The notes under the pieces are model-generated. The model worked only from the letters and a program-made list of their open reading frames with translations. It was not told the origin of the DNA and did not search any database. A stretch of 23,861 nucleotides of DNA from Stylophora pistillata (Eukaryota): assembly GCF_002571385.2 (NCBI RefSeq). It is one part of the record NW_019217843.1 of this genome. One strand, written 5' to 3'. The position numbers and the translations under genes were made by a program. Below are positions 1-10,800 of this stretch, piece after piece (position 1 is the stretch's first letter; each line of letters starts with the position of its first letter).

Positions 1-3
1 ATC

Positions 4-138
4 CCAGTTGGCTTGTTAGCTCAATTGGTAGAGCGCTACACTAGTATCGCAGAGGTCAGTGGTTCGAATCCCGTACAGGTCTGATTTTCGCTATTGCATA
101 AATAGCGCTCTCTACTGCGAGGATCGTGCATCATACGT
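4..138 (+). mobile_element. tRNA-derived SINE (tRNA-Thr-like head at 10-82), probably continuing left of the window
   Basis: A-box TAGCTCAATTGG and B-box GGTTCGAATCC are present, and the acceptor stem GGCTTGT/ACAGGTC pairs. The anticodon stem is mismatched (CTACA/CGCAG around AGT). A non-tRNA tail follows, and the paralogous site near 14400 lacks it. Confidence 0.75.
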
Positions 139-510
139 ATTTTCTCATTTGTCTCCCTTCTTTCCCGTTTCGTGTTTTTCCCATTCTTTCGCTTTTAGAA
201 AAGTATCGATATTTCTTGTTGAACATATTTATCTGCGTTATTTAATAAGAGAGTTGTCGTGTTCCCCATCGGATAAATGCATAAAATATGTAATCGAATC
301 ACGTTCATCAAAAATTGGGCATGTAGCGACCTTATTCGCGTAAAATGATTCCCTTTTAAATGGAAAACGTGCTTCTGGATTACTTGTTTCCACCCTTGCC
401 TAGCGAATGAACAGAGTTCGTTGGGAGAGTTTAAGTCTCTAATGACCGAATATTAAATCTCTTTGTTGCAATTTGTTCAGCTGAGCCAGTCAATTCCCTC
501 AGAAGTTTTA
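139..510. repeat. Segmental duplication block homologous to about 14404-15040 (downstream flank of ZNFX1 copies)
   Basis: Collinear matches, e.g. tcccgtttcgtgtttttcc/tcccgtttcctgtttttcc, tgttgaacat, tgtcgtgttccc, taaatgcata, caattccctcagaa (491 and 15021). Confidence 0.85.
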
Positions 511-1069
511 GATTGTCAAAGATGGTTTTGGCCTTTTCTTAACTGACCAATTCTTCGACGGATCACAACTGCCACACCTTCTTCTTTTTCTCTAAACTGG
601 AATTAAATATGACCCAATCATTTCTCAACAAGTTGTGATAATTCATCCAACACTCTAGGTTACCATAAAAACACTACAGCTCCTTAAAAAAACTTATCCC
701 TAAATTCACTTACCTCGTAGCTTGAAGACAATTGAGTGACCCCCATTTCTTATCACAGTACACCTGTAGAGTTAACCCATAGATCAGAGCCATCCTCATT
801 CAGCTTTCGGCAATTAAAAGTAGCTCTGAACCATACGTACAGATTTTTTTAAACTTAGCAAAAAGATGGACACCGATTTGCTGATTGCAATTCAATGATG
901 AGAATGGGGATCCCCACACTCGTTTTTGAGTGAAAACTAAGGTTTCGGTTGTTCCTAAGAGGCTGAAAGGTAATGTTGTTATAGTAAACTTGTCTGACAT
1001 GAAAATGATAGAAAGAGGGGTTAATACTATTCCAGTTTCGCTAAACAAATAATCATAACAAAAACTTAC

Positions 1070-1225
1070 CCCTTGTAAACTTGAACCAGTAAGCTTGTGC
1101 CCGACACTTTGAATTGACGTTATGACTCTGGTTGTCGCGTTAAATTTGCCTGGTCTCAACATAAATGTTTTGGTTCCCTCTTATACGTTTAATTCGAGCA
1201 GTGTATCGATCTCGAAGTGTCTTAC
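1070..1225 (-). pseudogene. ZNFX1: ZNFX1 copy A penultimate exon (start of RZ finger)
   Basis: ttttcag|...|gtaagt, 156 bp like the copy B exon. It reads GKTLRDRYTARIKRIRGNQNIYVETRQI*RDNQSHNVNSKCRAQAYWFKFTRG, with an in-frame TAA at 1140-1142. Confidence 0.8.
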
Positions 1226-1684
1226 CTGAAAATTTTCCAAGTGTTAGACAAGACTTTTTGCACGGGTCATGATAACTTGAAGACGGTCGATAAAATTCGA
1301 TTCGAAAATTAGAATAAGACGCTGTAATGGTATGTGCGAGAAGAATTGTACCGTTCTCTTTCACACCTCTGAAGTGGTATACCTGTTTATTTCAGCAATT
1401 GTTATCCAACTAAGGGAGAAACCGTCATTCAAATAACAGATAACATGTGGCCTTTTTATTTCAAAGTTTAACTTGATCGCTGAAGTCATAGAACGGCTGT
1501 CAATTGATAACTTACAACTATTCGGATGCACTGACGGTTTTCAATGGACACGAATCACTTTCTCCCTAGTTGAACAAATAATTTTTATAATTTTAAGGAA
1601 AACGGAAGCAGTACTCGACCCCTGTCCCATTACTAGACTTAGATTTCTTATACATGAGAAAGGAGCTTTTGGAATGACTGAGCC

Positions 1685-2355
1685 TTATTGTCGCTCCGCA
1701 TTGTAAATGTTAACGTACAGTACTCTAACCGATCTCTCTCTTTCAATAATGTGCAATCTAAAGTCGACTAGGAGCTGCGTTCTATGCATTTCCTTCTTGA
1801 GCTGCTCAACCTGTTGGCAGCTGAACGTCTGAGAATTTAATGCAATGATGTGAACCCGGTGTTGATCCACGTTACGTTCGAAGTCTATTATGGTTTCACT
1901 ATGTACGTTTCCCTCTTCAAATCGACGGTGCATTTTGGCTCTTGTATCTGCACGAAAAAAGACGAAAGGTCGATCCACCCCAAACGCTTGACCACAGTCT
2001 TCCAGTTCGACGAATCCAACGTCTGGCTTGTCTTCGGTTCCAAAAGGGATTTCTGTAGCTTCATCCTCGTGACACTGTAGGCACTTCTTCGGACACTGTT
2101 GCCCGCTGAGACTAATACAGGGGTAATTACACGACGGAAGAGGCTTTGTTCATTGCAACGAAGGAGATCACATAGCTCGCTGCATAACTTTGTGCACTTG
2201 TGATTTTGGCATTGCTAAATGCATTTCTCCTTACATGGATCACAAAATGCACTACTATGCTTGCAGTAGTTGCCACACTTTTCCTTACGTGGCATACATT
2301 TTTTGGTGCACATTCCTATGCAGCTATGCCCACAGAACGGAGTTCGGTGACAAAA
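1685..2355 (-). pseudogene. ZNFX1: ZNFX1 copy A NFX1-zinc-finger/helical exon remnant
   Basis: ALNSQTFSCQQVEQLKKEMHRTQLLVDFRL matches copy B ALNSQTFNCQHVEELKEEMHRTQLLVDFRL. The DNA aligns to 16136-17210 with several internal deletions. Confidence 0.9.
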
Positions 2356-2359
2356 CTTT

Positions 2360-4311
2360 TTGTAATTTTAGTTCTCTTATCTCGAGCTGTCCATTTTCAC
2401 ACGGCCAACTACTCTACAAAGTCACTTAACCCCGAGGGTAGCGTTACAGCTTTTTTTCGAGTTTTCTTTACTGGAACAGTTTGTGGTGTCAAACTTTACT
2501 TCGGTTCAGGAATAGCTGAATTAACAACCCACTTTGCAGGCTGGCTTTCACTCTTTGTAGGCTGGCTGTCACTGCCTTCGAATGACTTGGGTTGTTCAGC
2601 TGGTTATCCAGTTTGCTTTAGAAAATCCCGATTTTTATTGAGTACTCGATTATCTGAACTGGTTTTTACTACATAGGACCTGTCCGATAGCTTCTTAATA
2701 CAGGTACCCATTTTCCAGCTTTGATTCCTCTGAAGAGGTGCCACTCTGACTTCTTAGCTGAGCTGTAGGAAGTAAGGTTCTGATTCAAACTCTACGCATA
2801 GCTACTTTCAAGAGACCGTCGGTGTGTTTCGTTGGTCTAACAAGGCCAATCATAGGTCCTTAAGAGCTTTTTTGAACAAAGATTTAACAAGTTTCATTCC
2901 AAATTCCGTCTTTACGTTAGATCTGTGATGAAGTGAGGAAGAAGATACGAGTGTGAATTCCTAATCGACTGAAAACTGATGGAACTCATGGCCTGTAAAC
3001 TGAGGAGCGTTGTCCGCAACAAGTGCGACTGGAATGCCATATCTGAATTGTTCCTTGAAGAAATCATTCATGGAGCTAGAGGTGTTTTCTTCCAATTTCT
3101 TTACTTCCATGAAATCCGAGTAAAAGTCATCAAACACGATATATTCTTTGCCACAAAGTCTGAACTCGACTTTAAGGGCGGTCAGGAAGCTCATGACTCT
3201 GCATCGGAAGCTTCTGATTCATAGCTTGAAATTCGTTGCAAATTGAACACTGCTTAATCTGGTCCCGAACTTCTGCATTCATGCCAGGCCAGAATACAAG
3301 GTCTCTAGCTCTAGGTAGGCAAGCCTCTACTCCCAAATGGCTGGAATTAATTCTGGACTAGACTTCAGACCTCAGTAACCGAGAAATGACTACTCTCGAG
3401 CCTTTGAACAGAATACGATTATGTATTGGTAGCTCGTCTCGGTAAGACTAACACTCCTGAATCTTGATTAGCACTTGATCTTTCTGCATTGCAGTGTTTG
3501 CGAAGTGTCATCTGAACCAGTACTACGCTGCAATTGATCCAGTCCTTCTGGGGTGACCTACAGGGCTTGCATTGCTTATGGTCTAGGCTCTCCAGCACCA
3601 AGGAAAAGAGTTGAAACGTTTCTTCTGGCCCAGAGATTTCATGCTATGTGGCTCTGGACAAATGTCCGGCTAAGAGCATTTTGGGACCGGGATTCTTGTT
3701 AACTGAGAGGTTGAATCGTTGCAGCCTGAGAAGCATTCTTTGGAGACGGCAAGGGGCTAATTATAAAGACCTCTTAAATATTGGTTCGAGAGGCTTGTAG
3801 TCAGTTTCGGCTGAAATCTTCTCTCCTTGTGCTAGATATTGGTTGAATCTTTCACAAGTGAAGACTATTCCCAGACATTCTTTCTCTATGGTTGTATATG
3901 ATTGTTCTGTTAGGGAGAGAGTTCTGGACACGAATGCGACTGGTTGTCCATTTTCAAGAAGGACTGCACCAAGGCCTTCATTACTGGTATCCGTATGAAG
4001 AGTAACTTCTTCTGTGTAGTAGGTCTTAAGAAATGGATTTTGAATCACTAAGCGCTGAATAGTGGCGAAAGAAAAAGTTATAAGCTCTTTTAAAGGTGTT
4101 GACACATCTAATACCTTGCGTAGAAATTTAGATAGATAGCTGTCGAAGCTAAGCAAGGTATGAACTTCTGACTTAGTGGCTTAGGCATGTTCTTGATGGC
4201 AGTAACTTTATCGGGGTCCGGTTTCAGTCCATCTCTTAAAATCACAAAGCCCATGAATTTAATTTCTGCTTGTCGAAGGTTGACTTTGTTCTTGTTGAGG
4301 TTCAGGAGCAC
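2360..4311 (-). mobile_element. Degenerate Ty3/gypsy LTR-retrotransposon pol remnant (RT end, RNase H, integrase)
   Basis: RT end IKFMGFVILRDGLKPDPDKVTAIKNMPKP; RNase H LHTDTSNEGLGAVLLENGQPVAFVSRTLSLTEQSYTTIEKECLGIVF..ETDYKPLEPIF; integrase SHLGVEACLPRARDLVFWPGMN and RYGIPVALVADNAPQFTGHEF; pol-like end ..LSDFVE* at about 2410. The order is RT-RH-IN, with many stops and frameshifts and no LTRs recognised. Confidence 0.92.
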
Positions 4312-4321
4312 TTATTTGGCT

Positions 4322-4697
4322 CGTGACTATTTTGTTCCACAATGGACTCATTTTCGTGAGTAAGAAAAAATTGCCAATACAATAAAGGCTTTCTTCGCTT
4401 GGGACAGTGCTACACAAACCCGGTTTTCGATCTGCAAGAAAACCATTTTGCCCTCCTCGTTGCTTCGAACGAGCGAAAGCAAAAAAAGTGTCACCTTCTC
4501 CCTGGCAGCTATCAACAGCACAGAGTCTCACACGGCAAATAAAGTCTGTGGGCATTTCCTTTTTGAGTTGTGTCAATTTACTCGAAATAAGCTGTTAGCA
4601 CTGTGTTTTTTAGCATAGGGCAGCTATGAACTTGGCTTCGTGTTGATTTAATCTTCCCCGTTCCAGAAAATTCTGCGAGTGGTTACAAAGAATAAGT
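4322..4697 (-). pseudogene. ZNFX1: ZNFX1 copy A SF1 (UPF1-like) helicase C-terminal motifs, frameshifted
   Basis: NQHEAKFIAALC, TVLTAY, VRLCAVDSCQGE (VDxFQGxE motif), LYCIGNFFLLTKMSPLWNKIV. SPLWNKI is also in copy B at 18655-18675. Confidence 0.85.
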
Positions 4698-4712
4698 CTA
4701 GGTTCAGCTTCC

Positions 4713-4835
4713 TAATAATACTGAACAGCAATGATAATAACAGCTATATGATATAATGATTAAAATGATAATGATGATATTAACAATATTTATAATAATG
4801 CTAATAACATAAAAATGTACAAAGAAGTCGAACGG
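4713..4835. repeat. AAT/GAT-rich low-complexity tract, homologous to 18724-18830
   Basis: taacaatatttataataatgctaataacataaaaatgtacaaagaag vs taacaatattgataatagtgctaataatatgagaatggacagagaag. Confidence 0.7.
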
Positions 4836-5097
4836 AGAGTAAATGAATATGGATAATTTTTGAGGCAAACTGAAAATAAGAGAGATGAGAAGATATGGCT
4901 GTAAAGAGACAATATAAATTAAAATGAATTTTAACATGATTGGCAAGTGGCGAGTCAACACTCTTAAACTAGGAAGGGAATGACAGGTGCGTCGCACAAC
5001 CCCATCCCCCCTCAAACACAAACATACGCCTTGAAGCGTGATGCTATTATGAGAAAAACAAGTAGGGCTGAGTTTTTGTTTCTGTTCGATCCAGCCC

Positions 5098-5795
5098 AGG
5101 ATCCAGCCGCCAATGTGTACATAAAGATATTCAAGTTTGATCAATCTGCCAATAAACTTTAATTGTCCCACGGTTCTTGTGTTGGATCAGACCGTAAACA
5201 ATCCAAGCGTATCACATTATTGGGTTTGTGCTTTAACTCGAAAGGTGGTATTTAGAGCAACAATAATGCCAAGAATAAACTGTAACAAGTCGTTTATGCG
5301 CCGTTATCATTCCAAGATGATAGCGTCAGGTCCGGGCGAGTTTGGGACGACTAATTATAACAGTACCCGAGTGACTCATTTGCATACCAGGGTCCCCATA
5401 AAAACTTGTCCTTAGGCTTCGTGTACCACAAGTTAAAGACAATATACATCATGAACGCAAGTTTTTGACTGATCAAAATTGAAGATATGTGGCGGTGTAT
5501 TCCGCAAGTTTTCTTTCGTCAAAAAATCATAAAATTATTTCTTTCCGCTATAGTGTTAGCGATTGATCCAGCCGCCAACATTTACATAAGATGATTAAAT
5601 TTAATTTAATCAAACAGCCAATAAACTTCGACTGTTCCCACGGTTCTTGTTTCATATCAGATCGTATACAACCGAAGCGATTCACGTTAATAGTATTTTG
5701 CACGGCGTCTACACCTGAGTAAGTGAGTGACCCGTTTGATTTTCGGAGTCCCCACGAGAACTTGTTTCTACGTTCGCGAACCAGAAGTTAAAAGT
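5098..5795. repeat. Diverged direct repeat (about 5098-5440 and 5565-5795)
   Basis: Shared collinear blocks gatccagccgccaa, gccaataaactt, cccacggttcttgt, gagtgac, gtcccca, aacttgt, aagttaaa. The second copy has an internal deletion. Confidence 0.8.
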
Positions 5796-6047
5796 GGCTT
5801 TTATCATTTGGCAATCTGTGTTATAACAAAAGACAAAAATCCTTACAAACTGAGGAATTTTAAAAAAGACCCATCGTACAATTAGGCGGAGATGTTCATT
5901 GTCAGCGGATATGTAAATAATTACATGACTTAGTATGCAGACAAGCGAGAAAATATTGACGTTATTTCAATACAAAAATGTTATAGATTTTCCGACAAAC
6001 AAAGCGCTGACTTGACGCTTCAGTGAGATAATGGAGTCAGTCATCCT

Positions 6048-6200
6048 TGACTCACTGTTGTCCCGCTTTTATTTCCTTTTTTTAACTTTAAATAAATCCA
6101 GGCGCACGCCTTCAGCTCATTGCACAACTTCACCGCAGCTCAGCTGGTGCGGATTACGCTGTGACATTCCAACTTCCCAATCGGCCAAACCAGAGTAAGT
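6048..6200 (+). promoter_or_regulatory. Candidate core promoter and non-coding first exon of the DD3-3-like gene
   Basis: AP-1 site TGACTCA (6048-6054), TATA-like TTTAAATA (6087-6094), Inr-like TCATT about 30 bp downstream (6117-6121), donor aga|gtaagt (6195), and an unpaired acceptor aacag| at 7729 just before the ATG. Motif-only evidence. Confidence 0.35.
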
Positions 6201-6283
6201 GAGCTCACTTCGTAATATCATTCTGAACGCGATCGGTCTTTTATAGAATTTAAGGGGAGCTCTGTGATTCAAATCTGGAAATG

Positions 6284-6475
6284 GGCCCAGTTGTTCGAAG
6301 GCCGATGAACGCTAACCCAAAGCTAAAATTTAATTCGGGTTTCTTTTCCCTTAGATAAGTCTTTTATCAAATTTTAGACAAAAAGAATCATACTGAATTT
6401 AGTTTTAAATCTGATCTGAAATCAGATTTAATACTAATCTTAAGTTATCTCAACCAAGTTTTGAACAACCTGGTC
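6284..6475. mobile_element. MITE (non-autonomous DNA transposon)
   Basis: Imperfect terminal inverted repeats GGCCCAGTTGTTCGAA ... TTGAACAACCTGGTC around an AT-rich, non-coding interior, about 190 bp in total. Confidence 0.7.
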
Positions 6476-7732
6476 TCTAAATTGTGTCAAAATCAAAGCG
6501 GTCCTAAGTGCCTGTAGCACAATCCTCGGTTCTCTTTCACTCTTCTACGTGAAGATTTGAACATTTGTGGCTGAGTTGTACTCGTTTGTAAAGATTTCTT
6601 AGCGTGCATTCTGGAAGTTTTTAGTTAAATACATGTACATTGTATTTTAAGGCTGCTATGTTTGAAAGACTCTTTAGTATTCAAGCCTTGACTACGTAGG
6701 TGAAAAAGGAATTCGGCGAATGCTTGAAAATTTCCATGTACTCTTTGGGCAACATTCCACAGGGGCTAATTCCAATATGGGAGTATTGACAACGCCCTAA
6801 AAGAAAAAAGTTTCATGCTTCGATGCGTGTATGTGCAAGTCCTTAAGGAAGTCCTTTAAATTCTATTGAGTTTTTTTAACAATCACCCCTAAGCGAATTG
6901 AAGCTAAGCGAGCTGATAGTTCGTGCGTAAAATCTGGTTTTTAAAATTCTATAGGATATTCTTGAGGTAGAAATGACCTATATCACGACAATCTGTAATT
7001 GTAATCAAAAGTAGCATGATCTACTTGAAAGGCCTTTAACCTCACTCGTCTTCTTTCCAAAAAACCTTCACGTACACATGCGCGTCAGTGACTCAGGCAA
7101 GCAAGAGACCCAACGCCTTAGTCATAAACCACGAGAGTTCCAGTAAAATCTGTGCTAAAAAGAAATGCGTCTTCTCTGAAATGATTGGCTTGAGGTGTTG
7201 TTAACTAGATAGAGACGTGCATGCAGGAGTATTAAATTTGTATCCCACTGGTTTATAAAGAAACAAAGACGTTACATTAGCCAATCATAATATTCACGAA
7301 ATATTACTTTGTAGTGGTAACACTACAGTTTGACGCATAGATTAGTTTTCATCAGTGGCATTTGTTCAATGGCCTTTTGTTTTTTTCTCCTTGCTGGTGT
7401 AAATTCAACAAAAACCATTGGAGGGAATTTTGTGTCATATCAAGATAAAAACCTCAAGCATCGTTAAGCTGATAAGTCTGTACTCTCATAACCTGTTTGT
7501 TGGATAGTGTCCTGATATTGAAATGCCGCAAAAGTTACATGTTTGTCATCCATTCCTGGGAGTTGAAGGATTACGGGAGATTGCTATCAGTGTGTGCTAT
7601 CAGGCTGTGCGGCTTAAGTGCTTCCTCAAAAAAATTTATTTCTCTATTTTAAGGAAGTTTAGTTTAAGAGTTGTCATCTTTTACGAGATAACCACAAAAC
7701 CTCTCAGTCCACTTTTATGTGTTAAACAGACC

Positions 7733-7885
7733 ATGAAGTACAGTTTGATTTGGGGGTGTTTCGTGGCTGTACTTCTGGAGCCTTGTATGTCTGATGTATA
7801 CTTCCATACTCCACATGGATCCAACAATCGATTGAACGGTGGCCAGGCCAATGTTAGGAACGCAAATAGGTTGTTTGATTCTCAG
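7733..7885 (+). CDS. DD3-3: DD3-3-like coding exon 1 (signal peptide)
   Basis: accATG, MKYSLIWGCFVAVLLEPCMS-DVYFHTPHGSNNRLN...FDSQ|gtaag. Confidence 0.9.
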
Positions 7886-10800
7886 GTAAGACACTGAGCA
7901 CTCAGCAAAAGAGAGAAAAAAATTTTAGGAGAACAGGGTATTGTTTCCAAGGTATGTCTTATCACTTGACTGCAGCTAGAATGTTGCACATTAACCAAGT
8001 TTCAACGGTGTAGTGACTTCTAAAGAGAATCTAATAGGACGTTAACATTTGTGTTTTGTTTCCTTGGATGAAATCTTTCAGCTTCAATTTTACCAGAAAA
8101 GAAATTATTCCTTCTTAACCTTTTACTTATTAAAATCAAAGATATCTAAATCGTAAACTGTAAACAAGCATTTGTCATGATTGTAAGCAATCCTGCCACC
8201 TTCGATTCATTTCGATTCAAATTCTCCCCTCTCTCTTAGTGCAATGTTTAAACATGAAAACCCAGTTATAAGATCGCAGAGAAGCGAAAACAATTCTCTC
8301 AGACCTAGGAGGGGTCCCAGAACCGTATCTACCCCATGCGCTACAGAAGCAATATCGTTAAAAACTTAATTGCCATGTTTTTCTTTTAAGACTGCTGTTA
8401 TCATATATAAAAGGAAAACAAAGTATGTTAACTTTTGTCTAGTTTTGTAATACATTCCTAACAGTGGCGCTTTGAGGCAAAAAGAGTTTTTTAATTTAAA
8501 TTTCGAAGACGTTGCCGCCAGCATACATTAACTTTGTTACGGTTCTTCGAGATTTCCTCGCTATTATAGAATGCATGTTTACGCCACAGAACCCCATCCA
8601 TTTATCTTTTGTCCGTAGACTTAATCTAATTTTTCATTCATTTTTGATACAATCAAACTTTTTTTGCGGTTATTACGTATTGAAGCTGAAGAAGCATTTT
8701 GCCGGATAACCTCGGGAAGTTTTCACTTTGATTTTTTTTTTCCTCAGAATAATGGCAAAGCCGGCTACAATGTTGGAGACAGCCAGTCTGCTAATCCTGG
8801 AGAAAATATTGCTGAAATTTTACAGAAACCTAATGTAACCAGTAGAACTATCCATGTCATATGAGTACTGAAATCAAAGCATATTATTATTGCAATAATG
8901 CATAATTTAAATGACTGCTAGATTAGTGCAAGAAAAACTGACTGACGGATTCTCTGACGGACTGAAAGACTGATCTGACTCTTGGTCTGGCTGACTCAGT
9001 GATCGAGTGACTGACTGACTGGCCAACTGACCGACTACTCCACTGATCGTCTGAATTGCTTGCTGTCCGCTAGTGGGACTGTCTGATTGACTAACAGTTT
9101 TGACTTACTGACTGACTCACTGGCCCGTGAAATGGAACCAAGACTGATCATGATTTTATGATATCAGGAATTCTACATGAGTGGATGCTCAGACAAGTCC
9201 AAAACTGAAGTAGAAGTTATGTGGACCAATCAACATGGAACTGGCCCAGAGACTGATGATATGGTGGAATCACAAATTATCCTTCAGTTCATGTGCCAGC
9301 CCTATCCTCGAGAAAAGATGGTCACCTCTGATGTTAACATAGAGTTTGAATATCACACCCTTCGTAACGGACAGTCATCAACTGCCCAAGTAGCTTTTAA
9401 AACCGGTCATCGCGAGAATGCATACATCAGTAAAGCTGTAGGGCTTCACGAGCCCGCAAATTACTACCAGTCATACTTTACCAGAAAAAGAAATTCAGGT
9501 GAGAATTGTGTTCAACCCATTTGCACTACAGCTTTTCGATTGTGTATAAAATCCCAAAAATGCAATATGCTTTTAAAACACCCATATAGGTAAAATATCA
9601 ATTGGCTCTGGAAAATGACTTACAATGGTGTGGCGCGTGTTTTCAACAAGAGGCATTACATTGGTCTTTGAAGATGTCACTCTAGAAAATTCTATTTTCA
9701 GGCGGGCTCTGTATAACTGTTAGTTTCCATGTTTTCAAAGGATCCATTTTGTAAATCAAAACATAGAATATGGTTAATATTTAGGCGCTTTTGTACATAA
9801 TCTTTGATGAAGTTTAGATATAAAGCACGTTCTTACTGTTAGGAACAAGTTCGTTTTTAGGAGAGAATAGGACATTAATTGAAACTGTTTTAAAAAATGA
9901 TAAGGCGTGGAAAGTATCACTGTCTTTTTACTATGGTATAACTGAAAGAAATCATAATCGGATTCGAAAATGTTTCAAAATTTCTAGGCGCTACGGATTC
10001 AAGCCTAAAACAATAAATTCCTTGTGTAACAAAGCAAAGCGCAAGTGGGGTTTAGATAGTTAGTTTATTGGCCTTAAATAAAGGTTTCAGTACTTACTTG
10101 GAAAACGGTTTTTCTCTACTATTTTCTACTGAAGGTTTTACCTTGATTCACATCATTTAATGCAATTTATTTGATTTACGACTGAAGCCAAGCAAATTTA
10201 TGGCTAAGAGCAAGACTCTGTTCGGCTAATTGGTGTTTAGCACATACGAACTACTGTTTCTTGTTCGTCTGGCAGGTTTGTACACTGATGACCAAAAACT
10301 TAGGGCGGACAAGGCTATTCATACGCGACAGAATCCCGGAGGGACAAGAAGGGGCTTGGAAGTTCCCGAGGAACGCGATTATTTTCCATATTGGGGCCCA
10401 ACTCCTTGGAAGGACATTGCTATCATGGTCAGCGATAATAAGACCGAAAAATTGATGAGAGATTATGTGAATGACAAATACTATGGATTCAAATGTAAGT
10501 TGAGGATTTTTTATTTCACCCAGCACAAATAGTTTAACTTAAAACTTATATTATCCATATGTTTCATATCTGTGATAATTTGGATATTTTTTGAAAAAAA
10601 TGAAATGAAATAAAAGAAAACGGCAGGTTTAAGAAAAAACAAACGACATTAACTTTTAAGGTTAGTAATAGCATTTATATACCACACGATTAGATACAGC
10701 AGTTCTCAATTTGTAAGTTTGCATCGTTAAAATCTTTTCTTGCTCTGAGAATAGTATCAAAAGCAGCTTATGGAGTTATGCTCAATACACTAAGCATTGG

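Larger units (their letters stand above)
1070..4697 (-). pseudogene. ZNFX1: ZNFX1 (NFX1-type zinc finger-containing protein 1) pseudogene, copy A, interrupted by a gypsy remnant
   Basis: Three collinear remnants: helicase C-terminal motifs (4322-4697), NFX1 zinc finger and helical region (1685-2355), and the penultimate exon (1070-1225). All have stops, frameshifts or deletions. The latter two align to copy B. Confidence 0.9.

Noticed and set aside
10-82. Functional tRNA-Thr(AGT) gene
   Set aside because: The anticodon stem has two mismatches and the sequence continues into a SINE-like body. It is better explained as a SINE head.
712-762. Minus-strand exon-like segment (ctacag|...|gtaagt) as the copy A last exon
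   Set aside because: It gives an immediate stop in the required phase and has no RZ-finger similarity.
2200-2676. 158-aa + strand ORF, and similar ORFs at 16781-17336, 18281-18568 and 10251-10526
   Set aside because: These are antisense or alternate-frame shadows of ZNFX1, gypsy or DD3-3 coding sequence.
4704-5171. 155-aa hydrophobic ORF resembling a membrane protein
   Set aside because: The Ile-rich part is the translation of the AAT low-complexity tract.
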